DNA of 64,000 bases from Chloroflexota bacterium (GTDB lineage: Bacteria; Chloroflexota; Chloroflexia; QHBQ01): contig JANXYP010000016.1 in NCBI GenBank assembly GCA_025355955.1, forward strand, positions 73-64,072, written 5' to 3'. The notes beneath the pieces were generated by a model. That model was not told where the DNA came from. It was given only the letters and a program-made list of their open reading frames with translations, and did not search any database. Position 1 is the stretch's first letter, and each line of letters opens with the position of its first letter. Below, piece after piece: positions 1 to 9,870 of this stretch. A program made the position numbers and the translations under genes.

Positions 1-1685
1 TCGCGCATTGGTATCCTGATGCCGAACCGCTCCGCTGCTTCGATGGCCTCGTCGTAGCCCGCATCGGCGTGGCGGAGGATGCCCATACCCGGGTCGCTGG
101 TCAACACCCGCTGCAGGCGGGGATAGGCCGCATCGCTGCCATCGGCGACTATGACCATACCGGCGTGTTGGCTGTAGCCGATGCCCACCCCGCCGCCGTG
201 GTGGATGCTCACCCAGGTTGCGCCACCTACTGCGTTGATTAGCGCGTTGAGCAACGGCCAGTCGCTGATCGCATCGCTGCCATCCTTCATCGCTTCGGTC
301 TCGCGGTTGGGGCTGGCAACGCTGCCGGTATCGAGGTGGTCGCGGCCAATCACAATCGGCGCATCCAGCTCACCCCTCTGCACCATGTGGTTGACCACCT
401 CACCGAAGCGGGCGCGTTCGCCGTAGCCAAGCCAGCAAATGCGGGCGGGCAAGCCCTGGAACTTGACCTTCTCGCGGGCCAGCTTGATCCAACGCACCAC
501 ACCCTCGTTGTCCGCGAACTCGCGCAGCACCATATCATCAATTCGGGCAATGTCCGCCGGGTTGCCACTGAGCGCCGCCCAGCGGAATGGCCCCTTGCCC
601 TCGCAGAATAGCGGGCGGATGTAGGCGGGGACGAAACCGGGGAAGTCGAAGGCGTTGCCCACCCCCTCCTTGAACGCTTGCTGGCGGATGTTGTTGCCGT
701 AGTCGAAGACCACGCAGCCCATCTTCTGCAAGTCGAGCATCGCCTGCACGTGGGTTGCCATGCTTGCCATACTGTGTCGCACATACTCTTCAGGGTCGCG
801 TTGGCGTAGATCTGCGGCCTGCGCCACATCGTAGCCGAGCGGGATATAGCCGTGCAGCGGGTCGTGGGCGCTGGTTTGGTCCGTCACCATGTCGGGTTTG
901 ATGCCCCGCTTGACGAACTCAGGGTAGATGGCGGCGGCGTTGCCCAGCAGCCCGATGGAGAGCGGTTCGCCCTTACGCATCGCCTCGCGGGCCAGGGCCA
1001 GCGCCTCGTCAATCGTGTCGGCTTTGCTGTCGAGATAGCCGCCGTCGAGCCGCCGCTGGATGTGGCTGGGGTCGACCTCGACCACGATTGCCACCCCACC
1101 GTTCATCGTCACCGCCAGCGGCTGCGCCCCACCCATGCCGCCCAGCCCTGCGGTTAGCACCAACCGCCCTGCCAGGCTGCCGCCATAGTGCTGCCGTGCT
1201 GCCTGCGCGAAGGTCTCATACGTGCCTTGCAGGATGCCCTGGGTGCCGATGTAGATCCAGCTACCAGCAGTCATCTGTCCGTACATGGTCAGCCCCTCGG
1301 CTTCGAGGCGGCTGAACACTTCGCGGGTGGCCCAGGCGGGAACGATATTGCTATTGGCAATCAGCACGCGAGGTGCATCAGGATGAGTCTTGAAACACCC
1401 CACCGGCTTGCCCGACTGCACTAGCAGGGTTTCGTCGGCCTCAAGCTCGCGCAGCATTTGCATAATCTTGTACAGCGAGGCGTGGTTGCGGGCCGCCTTG
1501 CCGCTGCCACCGTAGACGATCAACTCTTCCGGTCGCTCGGCCACTTCGGGGTCGAGGTTGTTCATCAGCATCCGCAGCGGCGCTTCTTGCAGCCAGCCCT
1601 TGCTGTGTAGCGTAGTGCCACGATAGGCCCGCAGCGGCTCGTGCGGGGGCGGGGCAGCAACTGGCGGTTCGATTGTGCTGGTCAT
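1..1685 (-). CDS. hutU: Urocanate hydratase (urocanase); C-terminus cut by the window edge
   Basis: Absent from the ORF track because it runs off the left edge. My translation from the ATG (complement of 1685-1683) gives [25 protein letters not shown]. Urocanase hallmarks are present: [21 protein letters not shown] (about 1090-1160) and [14 protein letters not shown] (about 185-225). Confidence 0.9.
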   Translation of the reverse strand, partial: MTSTIEPPVAAPPPHEPLRAYRGTTLHSKGWLQEAPLRMLMNNLDPEVAERPEELIVYGGSGKAARNHASLYKIMQMLRELEADETLLVQSGKPVGCFKTHPDAPRVLIANSNIVPAWATREVFSRLEAEGLTMYGQMTAGSWIYIGTQGILQGTYETFAQAARQHYGGSLAGRLVLTAGLGGMGGAQPLAVTMNGGVAIVVEVDPSHIQRRLDGGYLDSKADTIDEALALAREAMRKGEPLSIGLLGNAAAIYPEFVKRGIKPDMVTDQTSAHDPLHGYIPLGYDVAQAADLRQRDPEEYVRHSMASMATHVQAMLDLQKMGCVVFDYGNNIRQQAFKEGVGNAFDFPGFVPAYIRPLFCEGKGPFRWAALSGNPADIARIDDMVLREFADNEGVVRWIKLAREKVKFQGLPARICWLGYGERARFGEVVNHMVQRGELDAPIVIGRDHLDTGSVASPNRETEAMKDGSDAISDWPLLNALINAVGGATWVSIHHGGGVGIGYSQHAGMVIVADGSDAAYPRLQRVLTSDPGMGILRHADAGYDEAIEAAERFGIRIPMR

Positions 1686-1748
1686 AGCTTTGTCCCTCCC
1701 TGGACAATTGGTCTCGACATCGAGAGCAGTTTGATATTAACCCATATT

Positions 1749-1841
1749 ATACTAATTCGTCCAGGCAACGCTATAATTCAGTAGGGGCGAACCGTTGTTC
1801 ACCCTGGCCCAATCAATAGCGTCTCCTTAAATAATTGGTAT
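1749..1841. repeat. ~93-bp palindromic MITE/REP-like element, copy 1 (divergent termini)
   Basis: Termini ATACTAATTCG...AATTGGTAT around the core GTAGGGGCGAACCGTTGTTCACCCTGG. The right end abuts TTA 1841-1843, which is the TAA stop of the minus-strand gene. Confidence 0.6.
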
Positions 1842-2911
1842 TATTCTGCCTGCCGCAGATAGTCCTCCAGCGAGAAGCCGCTGGGATGCACTGCCGTTTC
1901 GTAATAATCAAGCTCATCGGCGACTGCGTAGCCGCATTGCTCATACCGCCGCCGCGAGGACCAATCAGCCTGATCAAGAATCACCGCGATTGGTTCGCCT
2001 GGGTTGGGCGCTTCCTTGCCCAGCCTCAGCTTGTGGGCGGCGAACTGGTAGCCGACCGCCTTGAACTCGTCGAGCGCAGCCCTGATCGTCTCGCCTGCTT
2101 CACCGATGAGCGCGTTTAGACTGACGACATAGCGCAAGCCGAGCACCTGCTCATCAACCAGACCGGGTAGGGCGCGGATTAGCCGTGATCGCACCGCCCG
2201 TTCGCTATAACCGCTAGCGTTCAGGCGAGGGGTTGCGATCTCCACCACATTGTCGGGGTTCGGCTCGTCCCAGCCAATCGCGCCGATAATCTCGCCGTCG
2301 TACTCGGCGTAGAGGTTGGCCTTTGGCGTGTCGGTCGCCACCGCCACGGCGCAGTTATGGGTCAGCGCGTCGTCAGCAGGCAGACCCAGCAACTCGGCCA
2401 ACGCGTCAATGTCGCCGACTACTGCGGCCCGCGTCTCAAAGCGCAGGCGTACAGGGCGGGACAGCGACTTTGCCGCACTGGGCGGGTGCGAAGGTGATGG
2501 CCTTGGTCGTACTGCTTGCGCCCCCAGCATCGCTCTCGCCTGCGCTTCCACCTCATCGAGGGTTAGCGCGTCGGTGGGGATAACCAGGTCGGCATGATCG
2601 CGGGCGTGAGCGAGGCGTTGCTGCTGCGCCTGCCACTCCTGCTCGCTCCAACGTGGGTTGCCACGCCGCTGCCGAAGAGTGTCGAGGCCGACATCGAGGT
2701 AGATGAGATAGTCGGGATTGCTCATCTGCCACATCCCCGGTACGTAGCTATGCTCCTGCGCGGCGGTACGCACGTTGTAACCCTGCCGCCGCAATCGCTC
2801 ACCCAGCGACGATTTGCCACTGGCGCACGGCCCCACGATGGCGATTAGCTGCTTCGGATTCGGGTTTAGTGAAGGGTTGGACATGGGTTGATTATACCAA
2901 ATCAGGCTCAA
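1841..2911 (-). CDS. P-loop kinase-like N-domain fused to an uncharacterised C-domain (possibly GNAT-like)
   Basis: ORF track, 356 aa. Walker A IVGPCASGKSS lies near the N-terminus, and I cannot name a family for the ~200-aa C-terminal region. Met10 (2884) would avoid overlap with the RidA stop. Confidence 0.6.
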   Translation of the reverse strand: MSLIWYNQPMSNPSLNPNPKQLIAIVGPCASGKSSLGERLRRQGYNVRTAAQEHSYVPGMWQMSNPDYLIYLDVGLDTLRQRRGNPRWSEQEWQAQQQRLAHARDHADLVIPTDALTLDEVEAQARAMLGAQAVRPRPSPSHPPSAAKSLSRPVRLRFETRAAVVGDIDALAELLGLPADDALTHNCAVAVATDTPKANLYAEYDGEIIGAIGWDEPNPDNVVEIATPRLNASGYSERAVRSRLIRALPGLVDEQVLGLRYVVSLNALIGEAGETIRAALDEFKAVGYQFAAHKLRLGKEAPNPGEPIAVILDQADWSSRRRYEQCGYAVADELDYYETAVHPSGFSLEDYLRQAE

Positions 2912-3383
2912 ACTCCACGATCATCTCAATCTCCACCGCGATATTCGTCGGTAGCGCGGCCATGCCAACTGCGCTGCGGGCGTGACTACCCCGCTCGTAG
3001 CCGAACACCGCGACCAGCAAGTCGGACGCGCCGTTGATGACCAGCGGCTGCTTGGTAAAGTCGGGCGCGGAGTTGACCATGCCGAACAGTCGGACGATGC
3101 GTCGCACCCGGTCGAGGCTGCCCAACTCACCCTGCATTGTTGCCAGCAGATCCAGGGCCACCAATCGCGCCGCCTCATAGCCCTGCTGCACGTCGAGATC
3201 CTGGCCCAGCTTGCCGTTGACAAAGCTACCGTCAGCTTTGCGCGGGCCATGCCCGCTGACGAACAGCAGGTTGCCGCTCCGCACGCATGGAACGAAGCTC
3301 ATCCCCTGTGGCTGCCACGGCGCAGCCAGGATGATGCCCAACTCTTGCAATCGCGCTGCGATACTGCCACTCTGCTCCTCCAT
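2892..3383 (-). CDS. RidA/YjgF family protein
   Basis: 163 aa. The length and pattern (LLFVSGHGP, ARSAVGMAALP, AVEIEMIVE) match the YjgF/RidA fold family as I remember it. Confidence 0.8.
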   Translation of the reverse strand: MEEQSGSIAARLQELGIILAAPWQPQGMSFVPCVRSGNLLFVSGHGPRKADGSFVNGKLGQDLDVQQGYEAARLVALDLLATMQGELGSLDRVRRIVRLFGMVNSAPDFTKQPLVINGASDLLVAVFGYERGSHARSAVGMAALPTNIAVEIEMIVEFEPDLV

Positions 3384-3431
3384 GTTGCTCCCCCACCCCC
3401 ATCCCCCTCCGAAATGGAGGGAGTGAATGTT

Positions 3432-3525
3432 ATAACAATTACGTTTGGTGCTGCTGTAAATTGAGCTAGGGCGAACAACGGTTCGCCCCTACAGAAAATA
3501 CATTAGCACCACGGCTAATTGGTAT
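3432..3525. repeat. ~93-bp palindromic MITE/REP-like element, copy 2
   Basis: ATAACAATTACG...CTAGGGCGAACAACGGTTCGCCCCTACAG...GGCTAATTGGTAT. The right end abuts TTA 3525-3527, the stop codon of the minus-strand phosphatase gene. Confidence 0.7.
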
Positions 3526-4244
3526 TAATCCCCGAATGGCACTCTCCCGATCATGCGCCGCACTAGCGGACCTTTCTCCGGCGCGGCTTCGGCAATGTGA
3601 ATTACTAGCACGCTCATGTCGTCGTCGGGTCGCATCCGGTCACGGCTGATGGCGATCTTGAGCAAGTGGTCGGCCACTGCCTGAGCATCGGCCCCCTCCT
3701 GCTGCGCGGCGAAGGCTACGATCGGTGGGATACTGAGCGTCTGGTTGTAGTTCTCGCCCGCGTGCAGTAGCCCATCGGTGTATGCTGCGACATACATCCC
3801 CGCCTCCAGCGGCAGGGTGGCGAATGCGGGTGGCGCGACCGTGCCGGTGCCGATGCCGCCTGCCGCCTCATCTAGCAGCCGCACCCCGCTGCTATCGAGA
3901 ACGACGATGGGGCAATCGCTATTGCGCGATACCCGTATCTCGTTTGCCTTGAGGTCGATGGCAATAATCACCAGGCTCGCGGTCACTTTGCCGCCGCGAT
4001 AGGCGTAAAGGTGGTCGTGAGCCAGCAGCGCAACCGCCTCCAGCCGCGCCCCATCCTTGAGCAACGCAATCGCCTTGCCCACTACCATATTGCTGAGGAT
4101 TTTGGCCGCGCCACCGCTGCCCTGGCCGTCGGCCATCACCGCAGCGAAGCCGCCCAGGGGCTGCTCCACGATCTCCACCGTGTCGCCACTCTCGCGCTGG
4201 GCGTACTTGTTGGTCTTGGCAATAGCGATTTGTAGTTCTAGCAT
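3525..4244 (-). CDS. PP2C/SpoIIE-family serine phosphatase
   Basis: 239 aa with a PP2C/SpoIIE-like acidic pattern: GDTVEIV, MADGQGSGG, AAYTDGLLHA, DDMSVLVIHI. Confidence 0.7.
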   Translation of the reverse strand: MLELQIAIAKTNKYAQRESGDTVEIVEQPLGGFAAVMADGQGSGGAAKILSNMVVGKAIALLKDGARLEAVALLAHDHLYAYRGGKVTASLVIIAIDLKANEIRVSRNSDCPIVVLDSSGVRLLDEAAGGIGTGTVAPPAFATLPLEAGMYVAAYTDGLLHAGENYNQTLSIPPIVAFAAQQEGADAQAVADHLLKIAISRDRMRPDDDMSVLVIHIAEAAPEKGPLVRRMIGRVPFGD

Positions 4245-4478
4245 AGTGATTGGTGATTTGTTGGGCGGGTTGGCGGCAAGGTGTCAAGTAAAATGTGCTG
4301 TAGTGATTATACCACAGCACTGATCGCTGCACATATCGTTAGGTAATTGTAGGGTAGCGTTGATAGCTTGTGATGTGTGGTGATGCGCTTCACGCGGTTG
4401 TATGCCATGCGCCCCTACGCCAATCTGGTACTCATATGCTAAATGAGGCTGCCAAATATAACCAGTCCGCGGCTATGA

Positions 4479-5819
4479 TCAACCTCGCCTGCGCTGCACT
4501 AGTCGCCAACCAACTACGCTGATCATCAGCACGAGGATTAGGACGAAGATGAGTAGAGTATTATTTGAGGCAGAGGATGGGTTGGTAGCCGCCAATGATG
4601 CTGATGTGGAAAAGGGTTGGGCAACAGGCGACCAGACGGGCGCGGGAGATAGAACACTTGCCGGAGAGGGAATTGCCGCCATTGGGATTGCAGTGGAGGC
4701 AATAGCTGTGTTACTGGCGGCAGGGCTGTTGGCTAGCTTATCGCCCAGCCAGGAGCGCAACTCGCCCGCCGCCTGCGGCACGAGTTCGCCAGCATAACCG
4801 GGGTCATTGGCTGATGCTACCAACTTCAGGCTGTGGCTGGCGTTGGCGACGATTACGGTCTTGTGATCATCGTGTGGGCGGCTGGCAAGCGCGGCATCGA
4901 GCGCGGGTGCGTCAATCGTAGCGGACACCTCGCTATCCAGAGACCCTTGCATTACCAGCACAGGGCTGGGGAAATGCGCTGCCAGTTGGCGGGGGTCGAC
5001 CTTGAACCCGCCCTGGTAGAACGCGCCGAGGTACGGCGGGTATATGCCGGTCAACGAGTCAGGTACATTGTCGGGTATGGTAGCTTTCACCTTGATTGTG
5101 TCTACAATCACCTGATTCTGGTTCAACAATGCGGCAATCTGCGACGCGCTTGCACCTTGCGCTTGCAACTGGGTCACTAGCTGATCGTGGATCATCTCAT
5201 CGTAGGGGCGGCTGGGGGTGGCAAGTAGCACCAGCGCGGCAGGTGGGTAGCGAAAGCCCTTGACTGCGATGGCCGCCTGTAGCACGATGTAGCCACCCTC
5301 GCTATGGCCCAGCATCGCGGTGCGGGCGCGGTCAATCTCTGGCTGATGCTGCAAGTAGTCGAGGGTGGCCGCTGCGTCACCCACATAGTTGTCCCACGCG
5401 CTGAAGGCAACCAGCGCCGCCTGATCAGTCATAGGCAGCGAGTCATCAATCGGCGGCGGGTCGCTGGCCCCCACCCCGCGCTTGTCGTAGCGCAGGCTAG
5501 CGATACCTGCGCTGGCAAGCTGGTCGGCAATCTGACGGTAGAGGTTGCTGGTCAGGTTTGGCGCAGCGTTGCCGTTGCGATCAATTGGCCCACTACCCAC
5601 TACGATGATTGCGCCCGCCAGCAGCGCCCCCTGCTGGTGGCGTGGAATTAGCAGTGTGCCAGCCAGCTTGACCCCGCCCGCACCGCTGTAGCTAACATCG
5701 CGCTCCTGTTGGGCTACAAATCCTGTCTGCGCCTGCGCTGCGCCGCTGCCAAGCAGCGTCCACGCAATGAGCAGGCCGACAACCAATCCTCGCATCGCAT
5801 CTCCCCTCCGCCAAATCAA
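4479..5819 (-). CDS. Exported, membrane-anchored alpha/beta hydrolase
   Basis: 446 aa. It has a signal-like N-terminus (LVVGLLIAWTLLGSGAAQA) and the nucleophile elbow GHSEGG. The C-terminus has a Ser/Ala/Pro linker followed by the TM segment LLIFVLILVLMISVVGW. Confidence 0.75.
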   Translation of the reverse strand: MIWRRGDAMRGLVVGLLIAWTLLGSGAAQAQTGFVAQQERDVSYSGAGGVKLAGTLLIPRHQQGALLAGAIIVVGSGPIDRNGNAAPNLTSNLYRQIADQLASAGIASLRYDKRGVGASDPPPIDDSLPMTDQAALVAFSAWDNYVGDAAATLDYLQHQPEIDRARTAMLGHSEGGYIVLQAAIAVKGFRYPPAALVLLATPSRPYDEMIHDQLVTQLQAQGASASQIAALLNQNQVIVDTIKVKATIPDNVPDSLTGIYPPYLGAFYQGGFKVDPRQLAAHFPSPVLVMQGSLDSEVSATIDAPALDAALASRPHDDHKTVIVANASHSLKLVASANDPGYAGELVPQAAGELRSWLGDKLANSPAASNTAIASTAIPMAAIPSPASVLSPAPVWSPVAQPFSTSASLAATNPSSASNNTLLIFVLILVLMISVVGWRLVQRRRG

Positions 5820-6217
5820 CCAGCCATATCCTAACGTGAAGAATCCATACCGACAGGTAAGCCCTTACAGGCTTTCCTGCTCCAAACCGGACATGACTGT
5901 TTCCAGTCACCCGACTTTCCAGAAATGAGATTTTGTTACCATACTGATAAGATGCCCACTTGCCCTTGCGGGCCAGCGCTCAATTCAGGAGCAAGCCCCC
6001 GTCTAATTGCCCCGCTGAAATATGTGATATCTCACGTTCTGTTACTTCTTTCCTGGCAGACCTTCGCCGGTGCTTGATGTGCAGCAGACGGCTAATCGCC
6101 CGTTGGCTGGTGCCTTCAAGGTATATTGCCTCGTGCAAAGTTGCGATTAGCGCGCGCGATCGTAGCCAGCAAGTTTAGGCGCGGGGTAAAGTAACGGTGG
6201 CAAGCTTGACAGCGGTA

Positions 6218-6309
6218 ATACCAATTAGCCAAGAGATGCTATAATTCTGTAGGGGCGAACCGTTGTTCGCCCTGCCTCAATCTATAGCAGCACCATCGCT
6301 AATTGGTAT
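6218..6309. repeat. ~93-bp palindromic MITE/REP-like element, copy 3
   Basis: ATACCAATTAGCC...GCTATAATTCTGTAGGGGCGAACCGTTGTTCGCCCTGCC...CGCTAATTGGTAT. Confidence 0.8.
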
Positions 6310-6447
6310 AACACTGTGAGCCGCTATCGTTGAAGCCGCTCTCGATGACCTGGCGGGGGAGAGGCAGGTAGGGCAAGGGAGATTTGTCATAGCCCGAATT
6401 ATAACATCTGCTCTGCCTTTTTCGCCACTCCTTCCGATCGCTGTTGG

Positions 6448-6477
6448 TTGACAGTCATTCCCCACAAATGCGATAAT
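6448..6477 (+). promoter_or_regulatory. Sigma70-type promoter (TTGACA, 18-bp spacer, TGcGATAAT)
   Basis: TTGACA at 6448-6453 and GATAAT at 6472-6477 with an upstream TG. It lies 65 nt upstream of the dehydrogenase start. Confidence 0.55.
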
Positions 6478-6541
6478 GGGGTAGCGGGCGGAGCGCCCGC
6501 TGCCCATCTGTTGCCCCATCTATTGAGGAGGAACTGCTTAC

Positions 6542-7876
6542 TTGTCGCACTATAGCGTACTTAAAACAAAGATCGAGGAGCGTACCGCCACCGTCGCCGT
6601 CCTCGGCCTCGGCTATGTCGGCCTGCCCCTGGCGGTCGAGTTCGCCCGCAGCGGTTTCCATGTTATCGGCGTGGATCTTAGCGCGGCCAAGGTCGCCGCC
6701 GTCAATGCAGGCCAGAGCTACATCAAGGACGTACCCGCCGAGACCCTGGCCGCGCTGGTCGAGCAAGGTCGGCTGACCGCTACCAGCGATGCAGCGGCCT
6801 TGCGCGAGGCTGACACCATCAGCATCTGCGTACCCACCCCGCTGAACCAGACCCGCGACCCTGACCTCAGCTACGTGATCAGCGCCGCTGACAACATCGC
6901 CACTAACTTTGGCCCCGGCAAGCTGGTAGTGCTGGAGAGTACCACCTACCCTGGCACCACCGACGAACTGATCCTACCCCGCCTCACCGCGCTGGGCTAT
7001 CAGGTGGGCAAGGATTTCTTCCTTGCCACTTCGCCAGAGCGGGTAGATCCCGCCAATCAGAACTATAACACCCGCACTATCCCTAAGGTGATCGGTGGCG
7101 CGACCCCCGCCTGCACCGAACTAGCGCAAGCGCTATATGCCAGTGCGGTGGATAGCACCGTGCCGGTCTCCAGCACCAAGGCCGCAGAGATGACTAAATT
7201 GCTGGAAAACACTTTCCGCCTGGTCAACATCAGCCTGGTGAATGAGGTGGCAATGATGTGCGATCGGCTGGGAGTGGATGTGTGGGAGGTAATTGCCGCC
7301 GCCGCGACCAAGCCGTTCGGCTTCATGGCCCACTACCCCGGCCCCGGCATCGGCGGCCATTGCATCCCAGTCGACCCCATGTACCTCTCCTGGAAGATGA
7401 AGATGATCGGCGGGGCGGCCCGCTTCATCGAACTGGCAGGCGAGATCAACGATACCATGCCGCTGTACGTGGTCAACAAGGTGGCCGATGCGCTCAACGA
7501 CCGTCGCCAGTGCCTCAATGCTGCACGCATCCTCATCCTCGGTGTGGCCTATAAACGCGACATTGATGACCTGCGCGAGTCGCCCGCTCTGCCGATCATC
7601 CAATTGCTGCGGGCGAAAGGCGCATTGGTGGACTATAATGACCCCTACATCCCCAGCCTGCGTCTGGCCGAGCATCAGGTGGGCGCGGCGGAGGCGGATG
7701 CGATTACCAGCGTCAGCCTCGACCATCTCGCCGATTACGATTGTATCCTGATCGTCACCGACCACAGCAGTTACAACTGGGATAGCATCGTAGCCGCTAG
7801 CAAGCTGGTGGTGGATACCCGCAACGCTACCCGTGCTGTTCGTGCCGCAGCGGGCAACAAGATTGTGCCACTCTAA
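6542..7876 (+). CDS. Nucleotide-sugar dehydrogenase (UDP-glucose/GDP-mannose dehydrogenase family, WecC/WbpA-like)
   Basis: 444 aa with a TTG start. It has the Rossmann motif VAVLGLGYVGLPLA and the catalytic-Cys motif GGHCIPVDP. Confidence 0.85.
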   Translation: MSHYSVLKTKIEERTATVAVLGLGYVGLPLAVEFARSGFHVIGVDLSAAKVAAVNAGQSYIKDVPAETLAALVEQGRLTATSDAAALREADTISICVPTPLNQTRDPDLSYVISAADNIATNFGPGKLVVLESTTYPGTTDELILPRLTALGYQVGKDFFLATSPERVDPANQNYNTRTIPKVIGGATPACTELAQALYASAVDSTVPVSSTKAAEMTKLLENTFRLVNISLVNEVAMMCDRLGVDVWEVIAAAATKPFGFMAHYPGPGIGGHCIPVDPMYLSWKMKMIGGAARFIELAGEINDTMPLYVVNKVADALNDRRQCLNAARILILGVAYKRDIDDLRESPALPIIQLLRAKGALVDYNDPYIPSLRLAEHQVGAAEADAITSVSLDHLADYDCILIVTDHSSYNWDSIVAASKLVVDTRNATRAVRAAAGNKIVPL

Positions 7877-8766
7877 TGCGCCTGGAACGAACTATCACCG
7901 TTGTTGTGGTCATCATGCTAGGCCTGGGCCTGACCTTGTTGGTCGAGAGTGGCGGCGTGCTGTCGCTGCCGGGTGTGCTGCTAGGCGTGCCGCTGGTTTG
8001 GATCATCACCGCCGTGCTACTAGCAGTGGCAGCACTGGGGGTGGAAGGGACGGTTCACGCTCACCCCCACACCCAGCTGTGGCCGTTCCCTCGCCTGCGC
8101 GTTGGCAAGCTGACCCTGGAGTTCGCCCCTCGCTACTGGACGCTGCCCGCGCTGCTCACCCTGGGCGCAGCGCTCTTTCTGCCCATCTTCGCCGATTTCG
8201 CAGTGGTCGCCCTTATTCTTGTAATCACCGCCGTCGCGCTCACCCTGGTGTTCATCGCCCAGTACCACAGCCTCGACGCGCAGGATCAATACTTCGGCAT
8301 TGCCACCCTCGGCCTCAACCTGATCGCCTACCTGACCGCCTTCGCCCTGTTCGGCTCGATCTACTATGCCAAGCAGCGCAGCCTTATCTCGTCGCCCATT
8401 GTGCTGGCGGTGACTGCGTTGCTGTCGTATGAAACCTTCACCCGCAGCAGCGGCCTCGGCTACGGCGTACTCGGCACCGGCGTGGGCCGCTTCGCCCCCG
8501 ATGCTGCGGCGGCACTACGCCGCCGCGCCCTCATCCTCGCCCTTAGTGCGGGCCTGCTACTGGCGGAAGTCACCTGGGCGCTCAACTACTGGCCGGTCTC
8601 TGCATTGGTGGGGGGGATGTTCCTGTTGCTGGGCTTCTACATCGTGGTCGGGCTGATGTCGCTCTACCTCACCGGCGGCCTCAATGGACGGGCAGTGGTG
8701 GAGTTCACCATAGTTGGCATCTCAGGCATGGTAATTGTGTTTCTGATTAGCTTTACCAGCCGATAA
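7876..8766 (+). CDS. Polytopic membrane protein, unknown function
   Basis: 296 aa. The start overlaps the upstream stop (TAATG). It has at least 8 hydrophobic segments and no family motif that I recognise. Confidence 0.6.
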   Translation: MRLERTITVVVVIMLGLGLTLLVESGGVLSLPGVLLGVPLVWIITAVLLAVAALGVEGTVHAHPHTQLWPFPRLRVGKLTLEFAPRYWTLPALLTLGAALFLPIFADFAVVALILVITAVALTLVFIAQYHSLDAQDQYFGIATLGLNLIAYLTAFALFGSIYYAKQRSLISSPIVLAVTALLSYETFTRSSGLGYGVLGTGVGRFAPDAAAALRRRALILALSAGLLLAEVTWALNYWPVSALVGGMFLLLGFYIVVGLMSLYLTGGLNGRAVVEFTIVGISGMVIVFLISFTSR

Positions 8767-8806
8767 TGCGCTTCGCCAGGGGGGACGCGATTCGCCCGCC
8801 ACACCA

Positions 8807-9004
8807 GCGTTGGTAGTTGCGATGGGCGTTGATGCGCCGCATCAGGGCGGGCCACCGCCCGCCCCTACGCCAGGGTTGGTGGTTACGATAAACATTGATG
8901 CGCTTCACCTGGGCGGGCCACCGCCCGCTCCTACCCCAGGGTTGGTGGTTGCGATGAACGTTGGTGCGCTTCACCTGGGCGGGCCACCGCCCGCCCCTAC
9001 ACCA
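8807..9004. repeat. Tandem repeat, 66 bp x 3, each unit carrying the hairpin GGGCGGGCCACCGCCCGCCCCTAC
   Basis: Units start at about 8807, 8873 and 8939: GGTTGGTRGTTRCGAT...GATGCGCYKCAYCWGGGCGGGCCACCGCCCGCCCCTAC. They lie in the convergent gap between the membrane-protein stop and the nadK stop. Confidence 0.85.
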
Positions 9005-9017
9005 TTGCTGCGAGCGT

Positions 9018-9857
9018 TCATCCCCGCAGGCGCAGCCGATCCACGATGGTGGCGGTAAAGTAGTTGCGTGGCTGGATGCGGGCGAAGCGGGCGACCGTCT
9101 CGCTGCGGCGTACACGAATGGAGTCGCCGATGTTCATGCCGATGTCAAGCTGACCATCAATCGTGATCAGAGCCTCCACGGCGCGGGTGATAATCAGCTC
9201 GATGATCGCGTCGTCGGGGACGACCAGGCTGCGGATGAGGGCAAGGTAGGGGGCAATCGGCACGATTATGATGTTGCGGGCATCGGGGGTGAGGATGGGG
9301 CCGCCAGCGGCGAGGCAGTAAGCGGTGCTGCCGGTGGGGGTGCTGATAATCACGCCGTCGGCAACATAGTGGGCGGCGGGTGCGCCATTGACGCTGAGGG
9401 TACATTCGACCACGCGGGAGAGGCCGCCGCGATTGGCAACGATGTCGTTCAGTGCGGTGAAGGCTTGTAGCACGCTGCCGTCGCGCAACAATTCGCCGTG
9501 CAGCATCAGCCGCTGCTCCACCCAGTAATCGCCCGCGATGAAGCGGGGCAGTGCAACCAGCGCCTCGCTGGCCGCCACATCGGTGAGGAAGCCGACTCGC
9601 CCCAGGTTGACCCCCACGATAGGGATGCCCAGCGGGGCGGCCAGCCGTGCCGCCCGCAGGATGGTGCCATCGCCACCGAAGCTGAACATCAGGTCCAGTT
9701 CGCTCTGACCATTAAAGCAACGCTCGGGGTACTGCTCGTGGCACTCGCGCACCTCGATGCCGTGTTCGTCCAGCATCCGGTGCATCGCCGCCGCCAGCTC
9801 CGCTGCGCCAGCCTTGTTCTCGTTGACTACGAAACCGACTCTCTTGGGTGGGTTCAA
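9018..9857 (-). CDS. nadK: NAD kinase
   Basis: 279 aa with the GGDGT motif (FSFGGDGTILRAARL) and the C-terminal NAD-kinase pattern. Confidence 0.9.
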   Translation of the reverse strand: MNPPKRVGFVVNENKAGAAELAAAMHRMLDEHGIEVRECHEQYPERCFNGQSELDLMFSFGGDGTILRAARLAAPLGIPIVGVNLGRVGFLTDVAASEALVALPRFIAGDYWVEQRLMLHGELLRDGSVLQAFTALNDIVANRGGLSRVVECTLSVNGAPAAHYVADGVIISTPTGSTAYCLAAGGPILTPDARNIIIVPIAPYLALIRSLVVPDDAIIELIITRAVEALITIDGQLDIGMNIGDSIRVRRSETVARFARIQPRNYFTATIVDRLRLRG

Positions 9858-9870
9858 CTGTTGCTCCTAT

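Noticed and set aside
5960-6180. Possible remnant of a transposase/HTH gene on the minus strand (reads ...LIATLHEAIYLEGTSQRAISRLLHIKHRRRSARKE...)
   Set aside because: It is only a ~45-aa helix-turn-helix-like stretch without a start codon or a catalytic domain. This is too short to call without a database search, though a BLASTX check would be worthwhile because it lies next to a MITE-like copy.
8807-9004. Possible CRISPR array (also considered for the heptamer arrays)
   Set aside because: The units are contiguous, with no unique spacers between the repeats. The 66-bp period is all repeat, and no cas genes are present in the window.
8753-9115. ORFs on both strands (120 aa and 82 aa) running through the 66-bp tandem repeats
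   Set aside because: They are open only because the repeat period is a multiple of 3. There is no RBS and no start context, and the peptides are just translated hairpins (GGPPPAPTPGLVV).
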